In this document: positions 1 to 12,159 of the stretch, piece by piece
Layout: the number at the start of each line of letters is the position of its first letter
Numbering within the stretch: position 1 is the stretch's first letter
Assembly (NCBI RefSeq): GCF_036321535.1
Contig: NC_087436.1
Location: forward strand, 47,680,001 to 47,744,000
Source of the DNA: Camelus dromedarius
Taxonomy: Eukaryota
Length of the DNA: 64,000 nucleotides
Direction of reading: 5' to 3'
Position numbers and translations under genes: made by a program
Notes under the pieces: generated by a model
What the model was told of the DNA's origin: nothing
Seen by the model: the letters and a program-made list of their open reading frames with translations, nothing else
The model's database searches: none

Positions 1-173
1 CATACTTTTACACTCTCCTTTTGTTGATGAAAAATGAGAAATCAGTAGGTTTCCATGACCCCAAAACCAGGAGTTGAGGAACAGTCAAGCTGACTAATGT
101 TGAAATGTCACTTCAGCAATCACAATGGTTGTAATGATAACCAGTGTTATGTTTTATAGATTAAAAGTACTTC

Positions 174-739
174 TAAATAAACTGTGGTATATCCAGACAA
201 TGAAATATTATTCAGCACTAAAAAGAAATGAGCTATCAAGCCATGAAAATTCATAGAGGAATCTTAAATGCATATTATTAAGTGAAAGAAGCCAATCTAA
301 ACAGGTTATATACTGTATAATTTCCACTATATGACATCCTAGGAAATATAAAACTATGGAGACAATAAAAAGACTAGTGGTTGCTGGGGTTAGGGAGGAG
401 GATGAGATGAATAGGTGGAATACCAAAGATTTTTAGGGCAGTAAAGCTATTCTATAAGATACTACAAAGGTGGATACATGTCATTATACACTTGTCCAAG
501 CCCATAGAATTTCTGTATGACACAGAAGTAAACGCTGAACTATGGGCTTTAGGTAATAATGACATGTCAATGTAGGTTCATCAGTTACAGCAAATATACC
601 ACTGTAGTGCGGGATGTCCATAGTGGTGAAGGTTGTGACGTGCATGTAGGAACAGAAAATATATGAAAACTCTGTTTTCTGCTCAATTTTTCTGTGAACC
701 TAAAACTGCTCTAAAATTATGTTTACTAATTTTAAAAAA
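174..739 (+). mobile_element. Old LINE-1 3' end (L1MC-like), 5'-truncated
   Basis: L1 ORF2-end/3'UTR phrases (aaactgtggtatatccagacaatg, aaatgcatattattaagtgaaagaagccaatct, ttttctgtgaacctaaaactgctct), A-rich tail, and flanking direct repeat AAAAGTACTTC at 163-173 and 740-750. Confidence 0.85.
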
Positions 740-1739
740 AAAAGTACTTCCTTTATTAATCTTCACAATAATCCTATGGTATAGTTAAAGCATGTTATTT
801 TCACTTTCAAAAAATACTGATCTAATGCCCATTCACTCTTTTAGGCACTGGGATTAGAGTAGAAAATGGTCCTTATTCCATGGAACTTACACAGCTCTAT
901 TGATCTGATTACTACTCAGTTTGATGTAAAATTCTTTTAACTCTGTACCCAGTAGTCTTTCTACTACATTTTGAAAGCTCTTTGTGACTCAGCTTCAGTG
1001 GGCAGAATAGAATATAAAAGATATGAGACAAGATTACAGTTAAGTGGTCAAACGAAGCATTCCCAACTAAAAAGCATAGAAAAAAGGATATCTCAGTGTG
1101 AGATACTATACCTAGACTGCTTGTAAATATGAAATATTGAAAATTGAAAAAAATTCTCTTTAGGATATGATGATGCCTTAGAAACACTCTTTCTCTAGAT
1201 GAATTGCTTTCACAACTACAGAAAAGAGTGATTTTTGGAAGTATTTCTAATATTTCCATGGTAGATTTGACCAATATGTGGTCGTTTATAGCTTGGCTGT
1301 ACAATGCGTCTTTTTTCTTTTGAAAATACGTCTTTTTTAATAGACTATCTGGAAGAAGTTTAAAGGGAATGTGTTGATACTTAACTCTATTATAACAAAC
1401 ATTAGATGTGTTTCAAGTTCTTTTGTCAAAATTGGCCTAGATCTCACTAAGGTTATTTTCAAGTACAGAAATTCATTTCATCGACATCATTCCTTTATCA
1501 TCAGGATCTGCCTCTGCTTTGGCTAAATTAAATACTTTTCAAAACCACAATTTAATTATTTTTGAATCATCCATTTAAAAAACCACACCTTAAAATGGAA
1601 TTAAGTCCAGATTAATTATAATAAAAAAAACCCCTTGGCACTTCTTTAGGGTTCCACCCCAGGGTTTTCCAGCTTTATCACATTATAAAATAAACTCAAT
1701 TTCTGTACTTATTATTAAGTATCACTGACTTCTAATGTT

Positions 1740-1875
1740 AGGTGGTAGAAAGAACTTTGGAGTCAGAGCTGGTTAGGTTTGAATCCTGACTCTTCATGGC
1801 CTCGAGGACGTTGCTTAGTTTGTCTGTGAATTCTGTAATTTCTCTATAAAATTGGATTAGTAATAAATGCTCTCT
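1740..1875 (+). mobile_element. MIR SINE fragment
   Basis: Resembles the MIR core: actttggagtcaga...ggtttgaatcctgactct...ctctataaaattggattagtaata. Confidence 0.65.
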
Positions 1876-3559
1876 GTGTATATGAGCCCACCAACGCAAG
1901 GCATGTTTCTTGGAAGAGAAGATTTATCAGGACATAGTTCCTTACTAATTAACACTTAAAAACAAGGATAGAGTTAGTATTATTTTGGATTCTTTTGACA
2001 ATACAGAATTGCTTTTAGTTGTTTGTATACTAGCTTTTTTAGGTTCTCACTGTGATGGTATTTTTATCGTCTCCTCATGTAGGACTTGCTTAGGCATCTC
2101 TGACTTGCTCAATCCTGGATTCACAGTCTCCAAGTCTGGTTGAATTTGCATTTCTACCTCCTAGAGACAAAGATTCTCTAGAAAGACTTCTAACCACTGA
2201 GGCAGAGGCAGGAGGGAGGAAAGAATTGAAGGGGTTTAATGGCAGCTTCTTACCAGATTACTTTCTCTCTGTCTCTCCGGATGTTAGTCATTATTGCTCC
2301 AAGTTTTTATTTTCATTCCAAGTCTTACTTATTGCCCATGGTTTGCATTTCAATAGCAGAACAATTAGTGCTGGGCTTGTGGTTATTATTGTTCTTTTAC
2401 ATAATCCTGCCCTTCTAGCATCTTGCCAAAGGTGCTTATGATTTCACTGCAATCACAGACTTAACCTTACTTCACAAAAGTCCTATGCAGTTCTCTGGTG
2501 TTCTCCTCCTTATTTCCACTGTCATCTTCCCCTCTCTGTAATATGCCGCATTGCATGCATCATTCATAGGTATCTCTTTAACAGGATTTGGAGCTAAAAT
2601 CCTGCTTTCTCATATTAATCAGACTGCAGTATGGCTGTAAGTCAAATGTTTAACAGTTTTTGTTTTCCCCAGGATGTGGTATAATTCTTGGTGAAGCTTA
2701 GTTAAGGCATCCACTCTTGTATCTGGTAACAAAGAGGAGGATGCATTCTAAAACAAAAACTTTTCTGGAGGTGTGAGCTATAACACAAGCAGAGGACCAA
2801 AAAAAAAAAAAAAATCAGTAGACATCAGTTTTTGTGATTCATACTCATTTTCCCTCCAAATTAAAATGAAAATTAAATTTTAGAAATTGAAAAAAATTAT
2901 AGGAAAGTATGACAAAAAATATAATGTTATCTATAATCACTTATTTTCCACCAGCAAGAATGAACCATCATTGACATTTTGTTGCATTTGCTTCCCATTT
3001 TTATTATTTTCTGTTTTAATGAAAAATCACTTTACCATTTTTGTAAAATTGATATATATCTGTACTATGACTCCAAACAATGCAGAAAAAGTAGAATTCA
3101 GAAGATTGAAAAAATTCAGTCACTCCCACTACCAAGAAACAAACATCATTAACATTTAGCAAACATCATTACAGACATCTTTTTATTTACATAATATAAA
3201 GAAGAAAGATGCAGAAGATATAGATACTTTTATAAAAATTAGATCATGTTATTGATACTATTTATGATTAAAATTTGAAATAAACATTAAAAAATCAAGT
3301 GGAATTGAAATATAAAAGAATCAAAACTTCATATTATGGATGTATATGCACAATATATTTTTACATATATATAGACAGATAGCTTTACAGATACAGATGT
3401 ATATCTAACTATGGCTTCAGCACAAAAGATGTTTTCCTAAAATATCCTGCAAGGTAAAGAAAATAGATGATGGAAAAATATAAAGAAGTAGGAGACATTA
3501 TGTCTTTAAATTTTTTTAACCATTTGGTTAAATTTTAGGTAGTGGTGACTAACTCCCTG

Positions 3560-4124
3560 TTAAAAGGGCTAAGTGTTAACTGATCTCATAGTCAGTTTTC
3601 TTAGTTTTTCTTCATCATACAAGCTCTTAATACCCATTTGTTTTAGTAACCATGCTCTTCATAGAATCTTAAAAATTAATTCTATATTTTAAACTACTGC
3701 CAGGACTTTGTTATTCCTGGGTTCTTTATTTTTGAGTTTTCTTTTGAGTAGATATATTTGTCAAGTAGATTTTTGAAATGCTTATGGATTATATATTCCT
3801 TAAATTCTTTCACATTTGAAAATGATTGCCTATTTATTATCTTTATACTTGAATGCCATTTAAATTAAGCACAATATTCATTAATCACACTTTCCCTCAG
3901 AATTTTGTAGCTATTGTCTATTATCTTCTGGTATATAATATTGCTAAGGAAAATCTTACGACCAACCTAATTTTTTTTCCTTGTAAATGACTTGCTTTAA
4001 AACCTGGATGGTTGCAGAGTTTTTTCCTTATTCCTTCTTAAAGGAATAGGATCTTAGAGGATCTTAGCTAGTGTATATATCAGTGTTGTAATTTTGGAAT
4101 ATATTGCACTTATTTTTCCAATGG
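3560..4124 (-). mobile_element. Ancient, highly decayed L1/HAL1-like fragment that hosts the young L1; continues about 6943-7450
   Basis: T-rich antisense-L1-type phrases (tttgaaaatgattgcctattt...ctttatacttgaatg, ttccctcagaattttgtagctattgtctattatcttctgg). Confidence 0.5.
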
Positions 4125-4142
4125 CAAGTTCAATTTTTCTTT

Positions 4143-6924
4143 TTTTTTTTTTTAACATTTTTTATTGATTTATAATCATTTTACAATGTTGTGTCAAATT
4201 CCAGTGTTCAGCACAATTTTTCAGTTATTCATGGACATATACACACTCATTGTCACATTTTTTTCTCTGTGAGTTATCATAACATTTTGTGTATATTTCC
4301 CTGTGCTATACAGTGTAGTCTATTCTACAATTTTGAAATCCCAGTCTATCCCTTCCCACCCTCCACCCCCCTGGTAACCACAAGTCTGTGTTCTCTGTCT
4401 GTGAGTCTATTTCTGTCCTTTATTTACGCTTTGTTTTTGTTTGTTTGTTTGTTTTTGTTTTTGTTTTTTAGATTCCACATATGAGCGATCTCATATAGTA
4501 TTTTTCTTTCTCTTTCTGGCTTACTTCACTTAGAATGACATTCTCCAGGAGCATCCATGATGCTGCAAATGGCATTATGTTGTCGGTTTTTATGGCTGAG
4601 TAGTATTCCATTGTATAAATATACCACCTCTTCTTTATCCAGTCACCTGTTGATGGACATTTAGGCTGTTTCCATGTTTTGGCTATTGTAAATAGTGCTG
4701 CTATGAACATTGGGGTGCAGGTGTCATCCTGAAGTAGATTTCCTTCTGGATACTAGCCCAGGAGTGGGATTCCTGGGTCATATGGTAAGTCTATTCCTAG
4801 TCTTTTGAGGAATCTCCACACTGTTTTCCATAGTGGCTGCACCAAACTGCATTCCCACCAGCAGTGTAGGAGGGTTACCCTTTCTCCACAGCCTCTCCAG
4901 CATTTGTCATTTGTGGATTTTTGAATGACGACCATTCTGACTGGTGTGAGGTGATACCTCATTGTAGTTTTGATTTGCATTTCTCTGATAATTAGTGATA
5001 TTGAGCATTTTTTCATGTGCTTTTTGATCATTTGTATGTCTTCCTTGGAGAATTGCTTGTTTAGGTCTTCTGCCCATTTTTGGATTGGGTTGTTTATTTT
5101 TTTCTTACTGAGTCGTATGAGCTGCTTATATATTCTGGAGATCAAGCCTTTGTCGGCTTCACTTGCAAAAATTTTCTCCCATTCCGTAGGTTGTCTTCTT
5201 GTTTTATTTCTGGTTTCCTTTGCTGTGCAGAAGCTTGTAAGTTTCATTAGGTCCCATTTGTTTATTCTTGCTTTTATTTCTTCTAGGAGAAAATATTTTA
5301 AATGTATGTCAGATAATGTTTTGCCTATGTTTTCCTCTTGGAGGTTTATTGTATCTTGTCTTATGTTTAAGTCTTTAATCCATTTTGAGTTGATTTTTGT
5401 ATATGGTGTAAGGGAGTGTTCTAGCTTCATTGTTTTACATGCTGCTGTCCAGTTTTCCCAACACCATTTGCTGAAGAGACTGTCTTTATTCCAATGTATA
5501 TTCTTGCCTCCTTTGTCAAAGATGAGTTGACCAAAAGTTTGTGGGTTCATTTCTGGGCTCTCTATTCTGTTCCATTGGTCCATATGTCTGTTTTTGTACC
5601 AATACCATGCTGTCTTGATGACTGTAGCTCTATAGTATTGTCTGAAGTCTGGGAGAGTTATTTCTCCAGCCTCTTTCTTTCTCTTCAGTAATGCTTTGGC
5701 AATTCTAGGTCTTTGATGGTTCCATATGAATTTTATTATGATTTTTTCTAGTTCTGTGAAATATGTCCTGGGTAATTGGATAGGGATTGCATTAAATCTG
5801 TAGATTGCCTTGGGCAGTGTGACCATTTTAACAATATTGACTCTTCCAATCCAAGAGCATGGAATATCTTTCCATTTTTTAAAGTCTTCTTTAATTTCCT
5901 TCATCAATGGTTTATAGTTTTCTGTGTATAATTCTTTCACCTCCTTGGTTAGATTTATTCCCAGATATTTTATTACTTTGGGTGCTATTTTAAAGGGGAT
6001 TGTTTCTTTACTTTCTTCTTCTGTTGATTTATCGTTAGTGTAAAGAAATGCAACTGATTTTTGAACGTTAATTTTGTAACCTGCTACCTTGCTGAATTCT
6101 TCAATCAGCTCTAGTAGCTTTTGTGTGGACCTTTTAGGGTTTTCTATATATAGTAACATGTCATCAGCATATAATGACACTTTTACCTCTTCTTTTCCAA
6201 TTTGGATCCCTTTTATTTCTTTCTCTTGCCTGACTGCTGTGGCTAGGACTTCCAGGACTATGTTGAATAGGAGTGGTGATAGTGGGCATCCTTGTCTTGT
6301 CCCAGATTTTAGTGGGAAGCTTTTGAGTTTTTCCCCGTTGAGTACTATGCTGGCTGTAGGTTTGTCATATATAGCTTTTATCATGTTGAGATACGTTCCC
6401 TCTATACCCACTTTGGCGAGAGTTTTTATCATAAATGGGTGTTGAATTTTATCAAATGCTTTTTCTGCATCGATTGAGATGATCATGTGGTTTTTGTCCT
6501 TTCTCTTGTTGATGTGATGTATTACACTGATTGATTTGTGTATGTTGAACCAGCCTTGTGTCCCTGGGATGAACCCCACTTGGTCATGATGTATAATCTT
6601 TTTTATGTGTTGTTGGATTCTATTTGCTAAAATTTTGGTGAGGATTTTGGCGTGTATGTTCATCAGTGATTTTGGCCTATAATTCTCTTTTTTTGTAGTG
6701 TCTTTGCCTGGTTTTGGTATCAGGGTGATGATGGTGGCTTCATAGAATGAGTTTGGGAGTATTCCCTCCTTTTCAATTGTCTGGAAGAGTTTGAGAAGGA
6801 CTGGTATGAGTTCTTCTTTGTATGTTTGGTAGAATTCCCCGGTGAAGCCGTCCAGTCCTGGACTTTTATTTGTAGGGAGGTTTTTAATTGCTATTTCTGT
6901 TTCCTTTCTAGTGATCGGATTGTT
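4143..6924 (-). mobile_element. Young 5'-truncated LINE-1 (about 2.8 kb), probably camelid-type
   Basis: Poly(T) tail at about 4140-4153, 3'UTR and ORF2 remnant. Exact 18-bp TSD CAAGTTCAATTTTTCTTT at 4125-4142 and 6925-6942. The target reads TTCTTT/AT, similar to the L1 endonuclease TTTT/AA consensus. Confidence 0.97.
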
Positions 6925-6933
6925 CAAGTTCAA
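4468..6933 (-). pseudogene. L1 ORF2 remnant: RT domain plus C-terminal cysteine-rich domain, endonuclease missing, one in-frame stop
   Basis: 726-aa ORF with RT motifs [18 protein letters not shown] and LYADD, and the CCHC-type [18 protein letters not shown]. After TAG at 4753-4755 the same frame continues into the 80-aa ORF2 C-terminus (MFIAALFTIAKTWKQPKCPS). Confidence 0.96.
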
Positions 6934-7484
6934 TTTTTCTTTATTCCAGAAAATCTTCTTTTATTACATCATTAAATAGAAAGAAATTTGATTCCGTTTA
7001 TTGGACTTTTTACTTTGTGGATAACAATTATCCTTCATTGGATCATCTTTGCTTTTCTCTTTCATTAATTTCTCTCAAAATGCTGTTATCTCTCTTTTTC
7101 ATGTGCAGCCTCTGTGGTTATCTCAAGTTTTTCTTCTTTGACAATAATTAGCTTTCCAGTAGTGACACCTATTGAATTGGTTCATCTTTGAAATCTGTGC
7201 ATTAATTCTAAAATTATTTTGTTTTTTGCCCTTAACACTTTATGATTGAATTTCCCTTTCTATGTCATATGCCATTCTAATGATTATCATTTTGTCTTTA
7301 AGCTTTTATTATGTTGAATTTATGGGCTTATTAAATTATAAGAAATGTTCTGTACTTGAGTAATTTTCTTCTAGTCTACATCCTTAGTCTTTTGTATGAT
7401 CTCTCTCTCTTTCTGTCTCTCATAGTTTCTCTGTTGTTTCATAGGATTTTATTCATGCTTAAGTGGCTTAGAAAGGAGGCAGGA

Positions 7485-7752
7485 CTCTGTGAGCTCCCCC
7501 TACCCCTGCATCTTGTTTGTAGAAAAGCTGAAGTCTCCCAGGCCTCTCTGAGTCATAGAAGAGCAGGCTCAAGAAGTTGATTAGGACAAGCCTGAAGGCA
7601 TTGTGGGATGGGAACAACTCTGACCACCTATCTCAATGATTAACTGAGATTACTCCTTCATTTCCCTTTAAAACTTTCAGGGCTGAACAGTATCTTTGGA
7701 GATGGGTCCACCAGACTGCAGCCATTCTGGTTAAAAGCGACTTTCCTTCTTG
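7485..7752 (+). mobile_element. ERV1-type LTR fragment, interrupted by the next LTR
   Basis: Abrupt shift to LTR-like composition, TGAGTCA at 7549-7555, cccttTAAAA TATA-like box, and a degenerate polyA/U5-like ttaaaagcgactttccttc. Confidence 0.5.
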
Positions 7753-7756
7753 TTAC

Positions 7757-8221
7757 TGTTACTGAAACGACAGGCCAGTCAAGAAACAAGCACCACTCGG
7801 AGGGTTGGAGTACTCAGATGTATTACGCTGGTGGGCTCAGAGGGACTTCTGCTCCGAAGCTCTGAGCACCTCCAAGACGTGCTCATGAGGTTTTATAGGG
7901 TAAAGTACAAGCTTGGGGTATTAGGCCAATAGGCATGGAACAGCTTTAGCAGCATTATCATCACAAAAGTGGAGGCGGGGAGGCAGCAAACCAACATTCC
8001 AAAGCCAGATATGTATCTTTGAAAACCCAGCTGGCTAGCAAAAAAACATGAACAGCAAACCAACACTAATTAACCTAGATTTACAAGTTAGTCTAGCAGA
8101 ACTCAGATCAGTATTCCGATACTTAGATTTGTGAGTTATCTTGTTAGCCCAGCCCAGCCTCTCCTTCACATTCCTAGATTTGTGAGTTATCTTGTTAGAC
8201 CAGCCCGGCTTTTCCTTCACA
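7757..8221 (-). mobile_element. Solo LTR, ERV1 class (465 bp)
   Basis: TG...CA termini with a 4-bp TSD TTAC (7753-7756 and 8222-8225). Minus-strand TATAAAA at 7891-7897, degenerate polyA signal AATACA at 7819-7824, CCAAT near 7926. Confidence 0.88.
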
Positions 8222-8231
8222 TTACCAAGGC

Positions 8232-8808
8232 TGTTACCCCCAGGATCATACCCCTGTCCCTCCCTCTATTAGAAATCAATTACTCTTATCTAAGTCTCAA
8301 GAGGCAGCTGCAGAGAAGAAACAAAAACTGATTAGAACCGACTGAGTCAAAAATGGTGGAGGATTTGACCTCCAGTACACCTTAAGCCTCATTATATGTT
8401 CATTGTATACATTCATTGTAATTTATTAGCATGCTAAATGACACACCCACCAGCGCCATGACAGTTGACGATTGCCATGACAACAACCGGAAAAGTCCAT
8501 ACAAGGACTGATTGGCATCACACCTGGAAGGGGGACATGATGACAGAAGCCTCCCATGAAAGTCCACATGGCCTGACTCGGGCTGGAGCTGTCTCTACGG
8601 ACTGTCTTGGCTGATATCTCCCCTCTCAAGCCGCTTCATCCTCACTTAAGCGCTTTTCTTCCCCTCTTCCTGCTGGAGCGCTTTCCTTCCATTTCCCCTT
8701 CTCAGCAATAAAGCGGCTGTTCATCTCATCCCTCTGCCTTTGCTGCTCAAATTCTTTCACAGCCACTCTGGTGGGTACCTAACTTAGGGGTCCCTCCATC
8801 TGCTAACA
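8232..8808 (+). mobile_element. MER41-like ERV1 solo LTR
   Basis: Begins TGTTA and ends TAACA, with AATAAA at 8707-8712. Contains gcatgctaaatgacacacccaccagcgccatgacagtt...tgccatg, closely resembling the MER41 core as I recall it. No clean TSD found. Confidence 0.7.
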
Positions 8809-9304
8809 GCTTTGTCTAGAAATACAATTTGCTGTTATATAGAGCTGATAACTTTTTGACTCTCAACATTATTTGTGTTTTCCAAACTACAAACTATTGG
8901 GAGAAGAGAGGGAAGCAGAAGAGGAGAGGAAGAAAGGAGGAGAGGGAGCATTTAGTCTTTGTTAAAACACCTGGGCTCCGTTCTCTGCTGAAATATTCTG
9001 AACTTTCAGATTATTTCTTACCTGGGAGTAGTAGTAGGACTCTCACTTCTGTGAGAGAAAGTCAAAACCATCTTTTAACCTTCTGCATAGTCTACTACAT
9101 CTTGGGAAAAGGAACAAGGGAAGGACACACATTTAATGTCCTTCCATTCTAGATTTGGGGCATTAATAAAAATTCTTATGGTTTTATCTTTCAGTAATGT
9201 GAATTGTTGTGGGTGTGGTTGGGTTAAATTGCTGAGCACTGCTGCAGCATTTTCTGTTTCTTTTCTTGGTGGCTGGGTATTAATGATACTGTATTAGGCT
9301 TTGT

Positions 9305-9843
9305 CTTTATGGTAGATTGCTGCAGATTCTTTTCTTCTCTATAGGCACTCCTCTTTCCAATGTAGCTTCGCAGTTCCTCCTGTCAAGAAGGTGGCATTTA
9401 TTTCCCTACCCTTTGAATCTAGGCTTTTCCATGTACTTGCTTTGGTCAGCTGGATGTTTGTAATTATGGTACAAGCAGAAGCATGAAAAGCACTTGATCA
9501 GTGAGGTCTGTTATTTCTTACTGTTCTTGGAACTCTGTGGCAACTATATGTAGAAGTCTAGGCTAGCCTGCCAGAGGGTGAAGAACATGTGGCCCAGTTA
9601 CCTCAGTATCCTGGTTGACAGCCTGCCAGTTGCTAGACATGTGAATGAAAGATCCTTGAACACACAGCCATCAGTAGACCAGCCAGCTACACATAAACTC
9701 ATGAAAGAACCCAAGAGAGATGAGCCAAACTAAAATCAGAATGACTCCAATGACCCACAGAATCTTGAGCTAAATAGTTGTGATTTTAAGACACTCAGTT
9801 TTAGAAGGTGACTTGTTAAGCAGCAAAAATAGCTGACTCAGTA
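9305..9843 (+). mobile_element. MaLR LTR (MLT1F/G/H-like)
   Basis: ccctttgaatctaggct...acttgctttggtca, and the 3' end tgattttaagacactcagtttt...ttgttaagcagcaaaaatagctgac. Confidence 0.75.
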
Positions 9844-10789
9844 CCTTTTTGTTACTAGTTATAGGGAGAAGAAAATTCTAAAATGAAGATAAGTTGCTCA
9901 GGCAAATTTGCAATACTTAGTTGATTAATGTTAATTAGGACACTTCTGAATATTAATTGCAATATGAACTCAGCCAAAATTACCTATTAATTATGTGACA
10001 CTTTGTAAACCACCTTCCCATAAGATAAATTCAGGGGCTTCATACATTTAAAACATTGGGCTAGACACATCTGTATTCTTTTGAATGAAAATCCAGACAA
10101 TCAAAAGGATACTTCATTTTTTTCCTAACTGGGACATCTTTGCTTTAGTAATCTTGTGCTTCCAATTTCATATGGACGAAAAAAAAAAAATGATTAATTG
10201 AATGCAACTTCTCTATTTTTTTTTCTATGCCTATCTTTACCCTTGTATTTTGAATTCTGTTCAGAAAGGTATTAATCATCCACCAAAGGAATTTACAATG
10301 AATTCATTTTGGACTGTCAGTATGGGAGATCTCAACACAAATCCTACAAAGGGGCCACAGAAAATAATGGCAAACAAATGCTCAGAAACAAATAATTACT
10401 GAATGCAGCAGAATGTCATGTTTGTTTTCAGCCTCAAGGGCTTAAGATCCTTTTAATGGGCTTTGCTGGAAAAGATCTGAAGGCTTTCATGTCACAAAGC
10501 CTGGAAGGTTGATAATTTTTGCTTTTTTTCCAGGCTGACCTATTCATTTGAAAGACAGCCTGACTACAGATATACTTTAAGTTTTTGGTGCTGGCAGAAG
10601 AGGTTAAAAGTCTAGGCAGATGCCTGCAACACTGATCTAGATAGCTCCAAACCTGGAAATTTTGCTAGATGTGGATACATTCCAAGCACATTTCCATCTT
10701 TCAACCCTACCAACTCAAGTCAAAATTCATACTCTCTCTGGCTTGGAATTTGCACCAAATATTAACAATAAAGAAATTTGGTTTCTTTC

Positions 10790-10985
10790 TGAAAAGAGAC
10801 CCCAATTTTGAAAATTATAATTTGGACCTGGCTCCACGGCCCATTAGTTGGGTGACCTTTGGCAAGTCTCTGAATTAAATTGAACATCAGTTTTTAAATC
10901 TGTAATATGAGAATGGTGGAATACTACTCTCAAGGAACTGTTGTGAGTCAAAAGAATCAGTATTTATTAAATACTTTGTAAATTA
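10790..10985 (+). mobile_element. MIR fragment (part of duplicated unit, copy 1)
   Basis: gggtgacctttggcaagtctctgaa...cagtttttaaatctgtaatatgagaat...ttgtgag. Confidence 0.65.
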
Positions 10986-11079
10986 AAATGCAGTGTATAC
11001 TAAAACCACTACTGTGCATCCAGAATCACTGGAAAAAGAATCCTTTGGTTTACAAGACATCTCTGCCTCTTAATTTTCC

Positions 11080-11940
11080 TCTTTGGATAATCCTTAGGCA
11101 TTTGTTCCTTTTGTGATAGCTCCAAATCTATGCATCTCTAGCCAAGAGCTATTTTCTATATTCCAGGACTATTTATTTAACTGATCACAAGTCCTCTTTT
11201 CTTGGATATCACTGAGGTACCTCAAACTCAGCAAGTCAAAAAGGGAGCCCAACCCACTCTCTCTGAGACTGTTCCTCCTGTGTTCTTTATATTGGTTAAA
11301 GACGTTGCCATTTACCCAGTTCCCCAAAATAGAAATCTTAGCATCATCCATGATAGCCTTTTTTCCCTCATCATCTGTATCCAAATAGGCACTTAGCCTT
11401 AAATTCTACCTCCTAGATAGCATTCAGATCCATCCACATCTCTCCATCCTTCTTGCCATGGTCCTGGTTTAGCCCTTTAAATTTTTACCTGGATTAACAT
11501 TGCAGCTTCTTTTGTTATCTCTTTGCCTCTTATCTTTGCTTCCTTCTCTTATTTCTTACACTATAGCCAGGCATCTTTTAAAAATTCAGTCTACTAATGT
11601 AATTGTCTTTTAATGCTTCTGTGGCTCTTTTAGTCTATCACAGATAGTTTAATATGTGAGGGTCACCATGACTTGCCCTTGGCCCATCTCTCACTTTCTA
11701 TTTCCCTGAGCAATGTTTTCCACTCCTTTGTAATTCTTTAACATGTCATGAACTTTTCTGCCAGTGTTTTTGTTCCGCCTGGAATAATCATCTACTCTTG
11801 TTATCTGAAGTCTCTCAAGTCTCAGATCCAGGTGCCACCTTCTCTGAGAAGTCACTCATGGCAATAAATCACAGTGTATTGCAATTATCAGTTTACTTGA
11901 CCAGACTAAAAGGTCAAGGCCTTATATTACTCATCAGGTC
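11080..11940 (+). mobile_element. L2 LINE 3' portion
   Basis: ctccaaatctatgcatctctagcc, ctcaaactcagcaagtc (decayed LKLNMSK motif), agtctactaatgt, cgcctggaata. Confidence 0.75.
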
Positions 11941-12159
11941 ATCAGCTATCACTTCCTATCAACTGCTGGTGTGTCCATCTTTAGCAGTGGTTCTGCCTAT
12001 CAGCTACAAAAGTAGCAGAGTATCACAGCTAATATTACTGGATTTGGAATCAGAGTCTAATCCATTTGCATGTTTCAGCCCCACCAGCTTAAGTCAAAAA
12101 TTCATACTCTCTCTGTCTTGGAATTTGCACCAAATATTAACAATAGCAATTTAGCTTAG

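Noticed and set aside
4970..6445. +strand ORFs of 186, 65 and 118 aa
   Set aside because: Antisense shadows of L1 ORF2, a common artefact.
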